Sequence record: ON287372.1
Length of the DNA: 64,000 bases
Direction: 5' to 3' (one strand)
Positions 47,707 through 56,374 of this stretch are shown here, in pieces; within the stretch, counting starts at the first letter, position 1; every line of letters starts with the position of its first letter. The notes below the pieces were generated by a model. It was not told the DNA's origin, made no database searches, and was given only the letters and a program-made list of their open reading frames with translations. Made by a program: the position numbers and the translations under genes.

Positions 47707-47961
47707 TTAATTCCATTGGTTGATAGTATTTATCCAGAGAGTGACGATCTCATCTATCAATGGGACATCTTTTGCCGGTACCTGGAAGATATTACTTGTT
47801 CCTTCCCGGTCAATCGTCACTTGTACGGAACCTAACGGCATGGCCAGTTTGGCGTAGCTGATACCCGTAATGCCCATAATCGAGTAATGACTCAAAACAC
47901 CACTGACTTTGATGCGCAGTACAGGGAGTTTCCCATTAGGGTTAATAACTGAGTATTCCAT
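47707..47961 (-). CDS. Small hypothetical protein
   Basis: 84 aa, coupled to upstream gene. Confidence 0.7.
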   Translation of the reverse strand: MEYSVINPNGKLPVLRIKVSGVLSHYSIMGITGISYAKLAMPLGSVQVTIDREGTSNIFQVPAKDVPLIDEIVTLWINTINQWN

Positions 47962-48251
47962 CAGATCTGCTCCCAGGCGGCCATGAACTCATCGATTGCT
48001 TCCACGGCACCCTTACGGTACTTGAACGTGTACTTCGTTGATTGAGTGATGATGGTAATCACTCCCTCGCCGCAATTGCGTCCAAACTGATGAACCGCAG
48101 AGATGCTCGCTAAGCGAATAGAGTATACTTTCGAATCGATACGGAAAGAAACTTTACGGCTGTAGTTAGAATTAAACTTACCGTCAGAAGGCTTGCTCAG
48201 TGTTACGGAGAATAAGTTATCTGCTACTGAATCGCAATTTACTTCAAACAT
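47961..48251 (-). CDS. Small hypothetical protein, possible PH-like fold
   Basis: 96 aa; GGAG RBS. Confidence 0.7.
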   Translation of the reverse strand: MFEVNCDSVADNLFSVTLSKPSDGKFNSNYSRKVSFRIDSKVYSIRLASISAVHQFGRNCGEGVITIITQSTKYTFKYRKGAVEAIDEFMAAWEQI

Positions 48252-48264
48252 GTCGTGCTCCTAA

Positions 48265-48825
48265 TTAAATAGTAGTAATGCTGTTACGTTCAACGATTGT
48301 AAACACGCCATCCTTACGATGGTAAGAGAATGCGCGGTATTCGCTGGAAAGGAAATTAAAATGCCTAGGTGCGATAGCAAGGTTCTCCGATAAGCCATTG
48401 GCGTCTAATTGATAGATAGCCCCATACTTATCGGTCAGGATGTGCCCTTCAGACATTTCGCTGATTGAATCGGATCCAGACATCACTGACAGCCAGTCCG
48501 TTGGAGAAAATACTAAAGACCCGCTAAAGGGAAGGTCGCCGTTGGTACGGAACATACCTGGCCAAATATTACCTGCCTCCCAACTAAGGAAGCTACCGGC
48601 ACCTGCAGTGATAGTACACATGCTTACAGTATCTATTTCAGATACTAATTTCCCCCAGTCCATATACTGTAGCGTCATTACCGCAAGTAATCCGTCACGA
48701 TCTCTTAGCCCTCTTACCCATTCCTTTATGCGAGTAGCTGTCGTATCGTTCAACGCTAAACGTACTGAATCAGTCTTTTCAACTAACTTGTTGAATACTG
48801 TCACTACTAAGTGAGTATTTTTCAT
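48265..48825 (-). CDS. Hypothetical protein
   Basis: 186-aa ORF. Confidence 0.75.
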   Translation of the reverse strand: MKNTHLVVTVFNKLVEKTDSVRLALNDTTATRIKEWVRGLRDRDGLLAVMTLQYMDWGKLVSEIDTVSMCTITAGAGSFLSWEAGNIWPGMFRTNGDLPFSGSLVFSPTDWLSVMSGSDSISEMSEGHILTDKYGAIYQLDANGLSENLAIAPRHFNFLSSEYRAFSYHRKDGVFTIVERNSITTI

Positions 48826-48952
48826 AATTAGTTACTCTTAATCCAATTAGTTTTTAATCTTAAATAGGGTATAAATTTAGTTAAGTTAACTCAACTTATA
48901 CCCAAGATGTATTCCTTTCATCACTACGTTCTTCAGTCATACGGGTACTTAT

Positions 48953-49029
48953 TAGTCACAGGCCTACGGCCGTGACCTTGTTGGGTTTGTTTTGACAAAC
49001 TAAAGAGAAGTGACGTAAAAAATGAGAGA
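48953..49029 (-). repeat. Repeated intergenic element, copy 1
   Basis: GTCAC...GTGAC hairpin plus a 16-bp CGTAAAAAATGAGAGA match with 54692-54760. Confidence 0.7.
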
Positions 49030-49032
49030 GTA

Positions 49033-49626
49033 TTACTGTTTAAGTACAAACTTGAATAATGGATTGACAACACCATCATCCGTGAAGTAAGTACACGCAT
49101 TCAATTCACAACCGAATACTGAGCCAACCATATCAGCCATAACCACATTGACTGAACCAGTAGGACAAGGTTGTTCTAACTCATCTTCCACGAACAGATC
49201 AGGGTTAGGTTCGACATATACGGCTAACATATCCGGATAGCACAATGCAATCTTTTCACGGATGGTAACTTTCAACCATTCGCAATACTGGTTGACGGAG
49301 AAGTCATCCATGTTCGGTACAATCGTCGTCAGACGAGCCTCTAAGGCACGATCAAGTCGCTGGGTTACCAGAGTGACACCTTTAACGCCCATGGCCAGTA
49401 AGTTCTCACAGACCTCACGTACGGGGTATTGGTATTCATCCAAGCAAGATGCGCCGCTGGCGAAGTTGAACTTAACTTCTTTGACGACATTAAACTTAGG
49501 GATCACAGCTGAAACGCAATGGAGCTCACTGCGGGAATCTGCATCGGGCACCGAGCCAGAGAACAGAACAGACTTAACTACAGACGCCAGGTATTCATCG
49601 CCATTTACTTTACCAAGATAGTTCAT
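49033..49626 (-). CDS. Hypothetical protein
   Basis: 197-aa ORF with AAGGA RBS. Confidence 0.75.
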   Translation of the reverse strand: MNYLGKVNGDEYLASVVKSVLFSGSVPDADSRSELHCVSAVIPKFNVVKEVKFNFASGASCLDEYQYPVREVCENLLAMGVKGVTLVTQRLDRALEARLTTIVPNMDDFSVNQYCEWLKVTIREKIALCYPDMLAVYVEPNPDLFVEDELEQPCPTGSVNVVMADMVGSVFGCELNACTYFTDDGVVNPLFKFVLKQ

Positions 49627-49658
49627 TTTGTTTTCCTTCTAAAAAATTGAGTTGTGGG

Positions 49659-50207
49659 TTACAGAGGTTTTTTGTATTCGGTCAGAATAACATTCAGATC
49701 AAATCGATTAAAGTCGGTAACGCATTGGATCGAATCGGTACGGAGCTTTTCCCAGGAAGTTTTACTCACGGAGTTTAAGTACCGCTTAGTCTCTACATCC
49801 AGTGCCCGCAATTGGAACGGTTTAAAGACCGTATGGAGGTCTACGATGCACCCGCGATACATTGGAGTAGCTGCCAATGTTTTTGATTTTTCACCGATCG
49901 TGTGCGTGTTGTTACAGATAGAGACGAATACCCACTCCAGGTCTTTCTTTGACGGAGTCTCAACGTCAACGTGGATGTTAATGGTACCGTGCCGACCAGT
50001 GATGAGGAAGTCACCCAGATTACCGCGACGAATACCTTCCATGACGGAGAACGAGTTGGAATTAGCCAACACTTCCAGTTCTTCCGGATAGAAGAGCCCG
50101 CGATCTTCTTTAATCAGATCTTCCCAGGTGGTTACTTCAGTACTCTCCACGATGCGGATCAGACGAACTTCATTAGCTTCAATGAGAGTAATTTTTACTT
50201 TAGACAT
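49659..50207 (-). CDS. Hypothetical protein (tandem-module family)
   Basis: 182 aa; GGAG RBS. Confidence 0.75.
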   Translation of the reverse strand: MSKVKITLIEANEVRLIRIVESTEVTTWEDLIKEDRGLFYPEELEVLANSNSFSVMEGIRRGNLGDFLITGRHGTINIHVDVETPSKKDLEWVFVSICNNTHTIGEKSKTLAATPMYRGCIVDLHTVFKPFQLRALDVETKRYLNSVSKTSWEKLRTDSIQCVTDFNRFDLNVILTEYKKPL

Positions 50208-50241
50208 GACAACTCCGGATTAAGAGATAAAGGATTATAAA

Positions 50242-50266
50242 AGCCTGTAGGTTTGACCTACAGGCT
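50242..50266 (-). terminator. Hairpin terminator
   Basis: AGCCTGTAGGT/ACCTACAGGCT stem then TTTTAT. Confidence 0.7.
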
Positions 50267-50273
50267 GGAACAG

Positions 50274-51077
50274 TTATTCAGATTCAGGCGCATCCCAATA
50301 TTCAGGATTATTGAACATTTCCGTAAATGGAATATCCCGGCCTTTACGAAGATTTACTAATTCCAAAGTAGCGCCTTTGAACTGCACACCAAGAGCTACC
50401 TTAGTTCCATAAGGCGATCTGAGAAGATATTCCAACGTAGCAGTTAGATGCTCCTCGATAATAAAAGTCTCGCGTTTACCCAACCGTGGATTTTCCCGGC
50501 ACAGGTCTTCCGTTATACCTTGGATAACCCAGGTATAAGCATGATCCACCTCAAGGGTTTTAACCCGACCGCAGTATTCCAGTTTAATACCAGCTTCATT
50601 ACGTTGGATACCGTAGTCGTTACGGAATCCATCTCTGCGATCCGCAATCCCGTACCCGCGGCGAGCGGCCTGGTTACCATTTTGACGGCGGTTACGGCTA
50701 TAGGTACCGGATCGCTCTAAACCATCTCGTAACTCTTCGTAGAGACGATGGTGGTTGGGACGATCATTTAAATCCGAATCATCTGGGAAAAGGGTTTCAG
50801 GTTGGCCCACTTCAGACAAAGTTACAAATGCTTTAATGAACCCGGATACTTGAAAGGAATACGGTCTTGGTGATTTAAGTGCCGGAGGCAGGTGAGATTC
50901 AATATCTTGAATAACGCCCTTTTTAGCCATTTCACCATAACCGGCTATATGCAGTAGCTCATTTACGTCACCCATAACCGATGCCATTTGCTCTGCTATT
51001 GGGGTATCTGTATCGATTTCGATTACTCGGGCTACAGGTCTAATTTCAATTTTAACTGAACGTTTATTGATAGTCAT
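50274..51077 (-). CDS. Hypothetical protein (tandem-module family)
   Basis: 267 aa; AGGAG RBS. Confidence 0.75.
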   Translation of the reverse strand: MTINKRSVKIEIRPVARVIEIDTDTPIAEQMASVMGDVNELLHIAGYGEMAKKGVIQDIESHLPPALKSPRPYSFQVSGFIKAFVTLSEVGQPETLFPDDSDLNDRPNHHRLYEELRDGLERSGTYSRNRRQNGNQAARRGYGIADRRDGFRNDYGIQRNEAGIKLEYCGRVKTLEVDHAYTWVIQGITEDLCRENPRLGKRETFIIEEHLTATLEYLLRSPYGTKVALGVQFKGATLELVNLRKGRDIPFTEMFNNPEYWDAPESE

Positions 51078-51116
51078 GAATAACTCCTTGCTTAAATGTT
51101 GAGATGATAAATAAAT

Positions 51117-51139
51117 GCCCGTAGGTGAATCCTACGGGC
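51117..51139 (-). terminator. Hairpin terminator
   Basis: GCCCGTAGG/CCTACGGGC stem then ATTTATTT. Confidence 0.7.
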
Positions 51140-51150
51140 CTATGACGAGT

Positions 51151-52236
51151 TTAAAGTACAGCTTCGATACGGACTTCAAGTCCAGGGACTAATTCGACCC
51201 AGCGCCCCAGGTTGGTGATATGGAACGCATGGTAGAGGATAGGCGGAGAAATGTCTTCGCCCAAGTTACGTTTAATCTGGCGGGCTACGCGGTTGATGAC
51301 CCAGCTAAACCCCTCTTGTTTACCGTAGACCATATCGTAGGTCAAAACGAAGTTGGTCTTCTTACCATTGGCAGTAGCAGCCCCGCGATAGACGATGACC
51401 TTACTCATATCGTCACCGCGTTTACATGCGCATTGCAGCTTTTCCAACCGTGCAGTCAGTCTTTTGAAAAGTCCGTTTGCTGTCGTTTTTCCTAGCCCCC
51501 GTGGAATTGAGAAATATTGCATCGTATCATTGACCCAGGCGATTATTGGGGTTACGGCTTTTTCAGGGGGCGTAATACCCTTTAATTTAATCGCTGCTTC
51601 AATTAGCTCAGGAGAAAGGGAGATCGTTTCTTTCTTAATTTCCTGCGGACTGTCACTGACCGCACTGACTTCCACCGGCGTGAAGATCTGAGTGATTTTA
51701 TCAGAAGGTTGTCCGATCGGGGTAACTACTAGAGTGTAATCGCCTCCCATGAGCGCCAGCTCATTATCACCTGAACGGAGCTTGGTCCATTCTTCGCAAT
51801 TAAGTGAGCTCAAATGAGCTCTGGCCGTCAAAGACAAGCTACGAAGAGAGTTAACTTTAAACAGTGAGAACATGTCGTAGATCTCACCACGGTAGCAAAT
51901 TGCACGGATCAATCGAGTTGAGAAACTCCAACGCGGACGCAGAGAAACACTAACGCGTTCCAGTTCGATATCAGTAGGTTTCGTTATGCAAATGTAGAGA
52001 TTAAGTGCGGTACTTAGTCCAACGACTCCCGTATAGCCATCACGAATACGGAGCGCAATGCTTTCAACATACGGGTCAGACAAGGTCATGAACTCTTCTT
52101 TAGAGAAGACCTCTCGGTTACTCGTTATGGCATCCATCAACGACCTAAGTGCTTCGACATCAAAAATAGAAGTCAAACGATGCTGACCGTTAGCGGTGAT
52201 TTCTACCTTAACCATTTTTTCTTTTTTCACTTTCAA
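51151..52236 (-). CDS. Hypothetical protein (tandem-module family)
   Basis: 361-aa ORF. Confidence 0.75.
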   Translation of the reverse strand: MKVKKEKMVKVEITANGQHRLTSIFDVEALRSLMDAITSNREVFSKEEFMTLSDPYVESIALRIRDGYTGVVGLSTALNLYICITKPTDIELERVSVSLRPRWSFSTRLIRAICYRGEIYDMFSLFKVNSLRSLSLTARAHLSSLNCEEWTKLRSGDNELALMGGDYTLVVTPIGQPSDKITQIFTPVEVSAVSDSPQEIKKETISLSPELIEAAIKLKGITPPEKAVTPIIAWVNDTMQYFSIPRGLGKTTANGLFKRLTARLEKLQCACKRGDDMSKVIVYRGAATANGKKTNFVLTYDMVYGKQEGFSWVINRVARQIKRNLGEDISPPILYHAFHITNLGRWVELVPGLEVRIEAVL

Positions 52237-52247
52237 TGCCCCAATGA

Positions 52248-52844
52248 TTATTCGATGAAAATAGTGATGTCGTGCGGGTGGTCGATAGTGGAGCCGCGTT
52301 CCCCGTCTTTTAGGAAATAACCCAGAATATCCCGGACAGCATCTAAGGCAACTCCTGCGTCTACCATCATGATGTCTTCAGGGAAGTTACCTTCACGGAT
52401 CTTAGTTGCTAACCGACGATGTACTTTGACTACCGCGCCTTCAAAGTCATCATCTTCCAACAGGATGAAAGGAGTACGTTGACCACGGTACTCGATATAC
52501 CCCTTACACGCACCCAGCGTCTTTTTAACGGGGTTTAATTCAACCACGTTACTCACGGTACCCTCAAGTGGGATAACGTAAAGAGAGAGGTTATAGAACG
52601 ACGAGAGCATCCCGTAGTTGTAATCACCTGTCTCTTCGTAATACTTGCGGAGATAGTCCGGTAGTTGTTTCATCAACGCTTCGGTATTACCTAGGCCCGC
52701 TTTACGGATCATCCCCTGACGGATCTCTTTAGACACCCGACGAATGAAATCATCAACCTCAACCTTACCCGGTTGTTTGAAACGAATAACACGTTCGCCT
52801 ACGGTAATTAAGATTTCTTTATTTTCCAAGACCTTTACTCCCAT
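52248..52844 (-). CDS. Hypothetical protein (tandem-module family)
   Basis: 198-aa ORF. Confidence 0.75.
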   Translation of the reverse strand: MGVKVLENKEILITVGERVIRFKQPGKVEVDDFIRRVSKEIRQGMIRKAGLGNTEALMKQLPDYLRKYYEETGDYNYGMLSSFYNLSLYVIPLEGTVSNVVELNPVKKTLGACKGYIEYRGQRTPFILLEDDDFEGAVVKVHRRLATKIREGNFPEDIMMVDAGVALDAVRDILGYFLKDGERGSTIDHPHDITIFIE

Positions 52845-52877
52845 TCATAAACCGAGGGAGACGAATCTCCCCCAGCC

Positions 52878-53144
52878 TTAGCCAATGGTGCGGAATGTCA
52901 GCGTTGTGTCATCCAACGTATCCATAGTGGCGATACCATTCAGATAAACGTTTTCCAACGCTTCTTCGATATCATCCGTTTCAGGGTACAGCATAGTGCT
53001 GCACTCTTCAATCCATTCTGCGATCTGTTCTGAGACATCCATGAGAGAACGCTCAGAGCCGCAGCGGTAAGTGAACTCCCTTTCTTCGGCATTGCAATAA
53101 GCGGATACGAGATTAACACTAACTGTGGTTTCTTTACCTGACAT
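52878..53144 (-). CDS. Small acidic hypothetical protein
   Basis: 88 aa, coupled. Confidence 0.7.
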   Translation of the reverse strand: MSGKETTVSVNLVSAYCNAEEREFTYRCGSERSLMDVSEQIAEWIEECSTMLYPETDDIEEALENVYLNGIATMDTLDDTTLTFRTIG

Positions 53145-53686
53145 TATTTAGCTCCCTGATAGGATTTAGACACGTTGACAATAACTTCTTTACCACGAAT
53201 GACAAAGCGTTCCACTACTATCCGCTTCTTGAGATTTTCTGCGATCCTTAGCCGGTGCATTATGGTGACTGCGTGTTCCATTAGACCCAGGTTAGCTAAA
53301 GTCATCGATTTAGCTAACTGTGCACGAACCAGCCAGTTAGTTTCAAAGTCACCATTGGCATCTAATGCGAAAGTCCCGCCAAATATTAACTGGCCATGTA
53401 CGAACAACTTAAAGTCAGCCGTATTCCAAGCGGTGATGTTCTGGCTGTACGAAACGGTGAGATGAAAAGGGACTACAATGGCCGTCTCATCTGTGCGCAG
53501 TTCACCGCTTACGATACCACGTACTACTTTAGCGATAGCTTCCAGATGATCCAGACAGAAACTCCCGCCTGCTTCGTTAATGAACGCATGGAGCAATCCA
53601 CGAGATAGAGTATCTTTATCTTCGTAGCTAATGATCGTAGTGTTCTTAGCACTACCCCAACCAATTGTAAGCGATAAGTGTTTCAC
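53144..53686 (-). CDS. Hypothetical protein
   Basis: 180 aa; GTG start with AGGAG RBS. Confidence 0.7.
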   Translation of the reverse strand: MKHLSLTIGWGSAKNTTIISYEDKDTLSRGLLHAFINEAGGSFCLDHLEAIAKVVRGIVSGELRTDETAIVVPFHLTVSYSQNITAWNTADFKLFVHGQLIFGGTFALDANGDFETNWLVRAQLAKSMTLANLGLMEHAVTIMHRLRIAENLKKRIVVERFVIRGKEVIVNVSKSYQGAK

Positions 53687-53716
53687 TTCGTTTCTCCTGA
53701 TTTTTAAGTTAAAAGG

Positions 53717-54460
53717 TTATTCTTCGATATTGAGCCAATCGCTGAAATAGTCAATGGGCGTCCCTAGGAATACGCACAAACGGAAATAGGTATCAGACTT
53801 AGGCGATGCTGTACCATTAACCCAGAACGACACGGTAGACTGACCAATCCCCATCATGAGGGATACGTACTTCTGACTCATCTTGCGTTGTTGCAAGAGT
53901 GTAGAGAAAATAGTCTTACCCGTTAGTTTAGATATTTCCTTAACCTTCTTCAACTCTACGCCCTCTTTCGCAGTCAGGTCTTCTTTCCCTACGTAAAGGT
54001 CACCAATGTCGCAGTTAAGAGCATGCGCTAACTTAGGTAATGTCGAAATGTTTAACGTCGTGGTCTTACGGCTGATTAAACGAACAATCTGATCCTTGAA
54101 GTCCTTTTGAGTCTCTTCCCTGACCGCCTGATGTTTAATGAATTCACTGTCAATGTCACCGGGGTTCAGTTCTTTAAAGGTAGGGACTTTAATCATGAAC
54201 TCATCCGTACCGAAGAAGCTAACTACCTTTTTACATAAACGCCAACCTGGACGAGTACGACTATTGACCATATCGTTTACGCAAATACCCAGCTCATCAG
54301 TTAGTCTGTTGTAAGAAGTCGACTCTGGGTAAGTACGCTTTAAGAACTCTTTTAACAGTTTAGGGGACAATACCTCATCACCTAGATTAGCAACCAGTAA
54401 TTGATACGTTTCCAGATCAATCTCTACTTTACCAGTTTCTTTATTTAATTCGATAGCCAC
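53717..54460 (-). CDS. XRE-family multi-HTH DNA-binding protein
   Basis: C-terminal cro/CI HTH (MSQKYVSLMMGIGQSTVSFWVNGTASP) plus two degenerate upstream copies. Confidence 0.8.
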   Translation of the reverse strand: MAIELNKETGKVEIDLETYQLLVANLGDEVLSPKLLKEFLKRTYPESTSYNRLTDELGICVNDMVNSRTRPGWRLCKKVVSFFGTDEFMIKVPTFKELNPGDIDSEFIKHQAVREETQKDFKDQIVRLISRKTTTLNISTLPKLAHALNCDIGDLYVGKEDLTAKEGVELKKVKEISKLTGKTIFSTLLQQRKMSQKYVSLMMGIGQSTVSFWVNGTASPKSDTYFRLCVFLGTPIDYFSDWLNIEE

Positions 54461-54501
54461 AATCTTTTCTCCTGTTATCCAGTCGTTGAATATTCAATCT
54501 G

Positions 54502-54516
54502 GTAATATATACTTGA
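54502..54516 (-). promoter_or_regulatory. Early promoter
   Basis: TCAAGTATATATTAC upstream of the XRE gene. Confidence 0.7.
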
Positions 54517-54691
54517 GATCTAATGGAGGTATATTGGTAATTTTACAGAATAGATCAATACTCACCAGTAGACGATTAATCTACCAGTAAGTATCAATTT
54601 ATCTTAATTATTAAACTTGTAATACTAGGGTGTTTTAATGAGCTCCCTTCGTCTTCCCTTTGGTCATCCTAGCTCACTCCCAATCCCCTAA

Positions 54692-54760
54692 TAGTCACAG
54701 ACCCTCCGGGCCGTGACCAAGTTCTGACACATAACTGAAACATGCGTAAAAAATGAGAGA
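54692..54760 (-). repeat. Repeated intergenic element, copy 2
   Basis: Matches 48953-49029. Confidence 0.7.
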
Positions 54761-54763
54761 TAA

Positions 54764-55147
54764 CTAATTACGTAACAAAACTAACCCTTCACGATAACTG
54801 TAGAACTCTTTAATCAGGGTATCTTCGTCGTATTCAATCAAAGGTTTATTCCATCGAGTTAACTGACTTAATTCCGAACCTTGAGTGAACATGCTATCGT
54901 AGTACTTATCTCCATCCGTTAAGAATACGTGAGTAGGTGAGCCGACTAATCTAACGACCACACCTAGATCAAGTAAACGTTCAGAGGCAATTTTAGCGTA
55001 GCCATGACAAAGCCCAGACGCAACCATAGCTCTAGCTGGAATGTCCATGACCTCACCAAACAACCACTGACTCAACTCTACCCTACGAAGATCCAATTCT
55101 TCATTTAGGTTAATGAGTACCTCGGTAATAATATCACTTGACATCAT
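54764..55147 (-). CDS. Putative transglutaminase/papain-like Cys-His-Asp enzyme (paralog)
   Basis: GLC...HVFL...YYD with the same spacing as 46973-47647; start MMSSDII. Confidence 0.55.
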   Translation of the reverse strand: MMSSDIITEVLINLNEELDLRRVELSQWLFGEVMDIPARAMVASGLCHGYAKIASERLLDLGVVVRLVGSPTHVFLTDGDKYYDSMFTQGSELSQLTRWNKPLIEYDEDTLIKEFYSYREGLVLLRN

Positions 55148-55151
55148 ACCC

Positions 55152-55709
55152 TCACTGAATGAGGAACGCCGATTCTTTATCAGCATTACCAGGATAAACA
55201 TCTACACCAAAGGAAACGAGCTGATAGAACAAACTCAACTGATCGAGGTCGTTTAGTTCATTAGGGTTAACCCGAGTGTCGCTAACGTACTGGCAGTCAG
55301 TTATAACCTGAATAGGAAGGTTAATTCCCCACATCAGCCCTACTTGATGAATTACCCATTCCAAGTAAACTTTCTTACTCAAACTTTCTTCATGGAGGTA
55401 GACGTAAAACGACCCCTTCTGAAAGCCGCGCTTACAGGTCAGTACGGCAACATCGCACTTGAGGAAACCCAACGTATGGGCATGGCGGAATAAATGCGCC
55501 ATTTCCTCTACAGTAGACTCACTGGCGATGCTTTTGATAATATTGTTAACGCCGGCATTGAGCGACTGATTCAAGAAAGTCACTACTTCGTACTGAGCCG
55601 TATTCAGTGAGTTAAGGTTAGTTTGCGCACCCTCCTCACGAAAGCCTACATTACGGAACAACTTACCTGCAGTACGACGAAGATTACTAAAGACCATACG
55701 AGTTTCCAT
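55152..55709 (-). CDS. Hypothetical protein
   Basis: 185 aa; GAGGA RBS. Confidence 0.75.
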   Translation of the reverse strand: METRMVFSNLRRTAGKLFRNVGFREEGAQTNLNSLNTAQYEVVTFLNQSLNAGVNNIIKSIASESTVEEMAHLFRHAHTLGFLKCDVAVLTCKRGFQKGSFYVYLHEESLSKKVYLEWVIHQVGLMWGINLPIQVITDCQYVSDTRVNPNELNDLDQLSLFYQLVSFGVDVYPGNADKESAFLIQ

Positions 55710-55736
55710 TACACTTCCTCTATTAAACGTTATAGG

Positions 55737-55767
55737 CCCTCAGAGAGCGTAAGCGGCTCTCTGAGGG
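55737..55767. terminator. Hairpin terminator
   Basis: CCCTCAGAGAGC/GCTCTCTGAGGG 12-bp stem. Confidence 0.7.
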
Positions 55768-55775
55768 TTTTATTA

Positions 55776-56357
55776 TTACAGTTTGATTGGTGATGTCTTT
55801 TTGGTTTTGAATGCTTCCACGGAGCGCTCATCGCTCACCAGGGCACAGACATCATCCAAGTTAACTTTCGGATAACCAGCAAACTTCAAGAAAGTCCCTT
55901 TCCAGAAGTAACCCAGGGAAGTCCGGTAGTTACGGCAGGTTTCAATCTTACGAGTTTGAGAGATGCGAAACTCTTCACGACCAGACTTGATAGTCGCCTG
56001 AATGTTCTCGTACATCTTGCTGTCGAAGTTAACTGCGTGCTCCTGGATAAAGGAGATAGCAGACTTATTACCGGTATCGCCATAACGAGCTTCCAGTGCC
56101 GTCTTAAGGACGTCTTTCAAGTTATCCTTGTACTTCTCTGGAATTTGCGCTTGCTCCAGTACAGAGTTCGTGTAGGAGCTCAGACGGTTCTCTGATTCAG
56201 TATTCAGATACTTGATCTGTTCTTCGCTCTTATTACCTTCGTTGTAAGCGGATACGTACGCGACTGTAACCCCTACAATCACAGCGCCGGAAAGTAACAT
56301 CGCTACCACTAAAGCTTTAGCGAAAGAGAAAGCGGTTTTATCTGCAGAAACGCCCAT
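55776..56357 (-). CDS. LemA-like single-pass membrane protein
   Basis: N-terminal TM helix, helical-bundle body, C-terminal YRTSLGYFWKGTFLKFAGYP. Confidence 0.6.
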   Translation of the reverse strand: MGVSADKTAFSFAKALVVAMLLSGAVIVGVTVAYVSAYNEGNKSEEQIKYLNTESENRLSSYTNSVLEQAQIPEKYKDNLKDVLKTALEARYGDTGNKSAISFIQEHAVNFDSKMYENIQATIKSGREEFRISQTRKIETCRNYRTSLGYFWKGTFLKFAGYPKVNLDDVCALVSDERSVEAFKTKKTSPIKL

Positions 56358-56374
56358 AGTACTTTATTCCTTAA

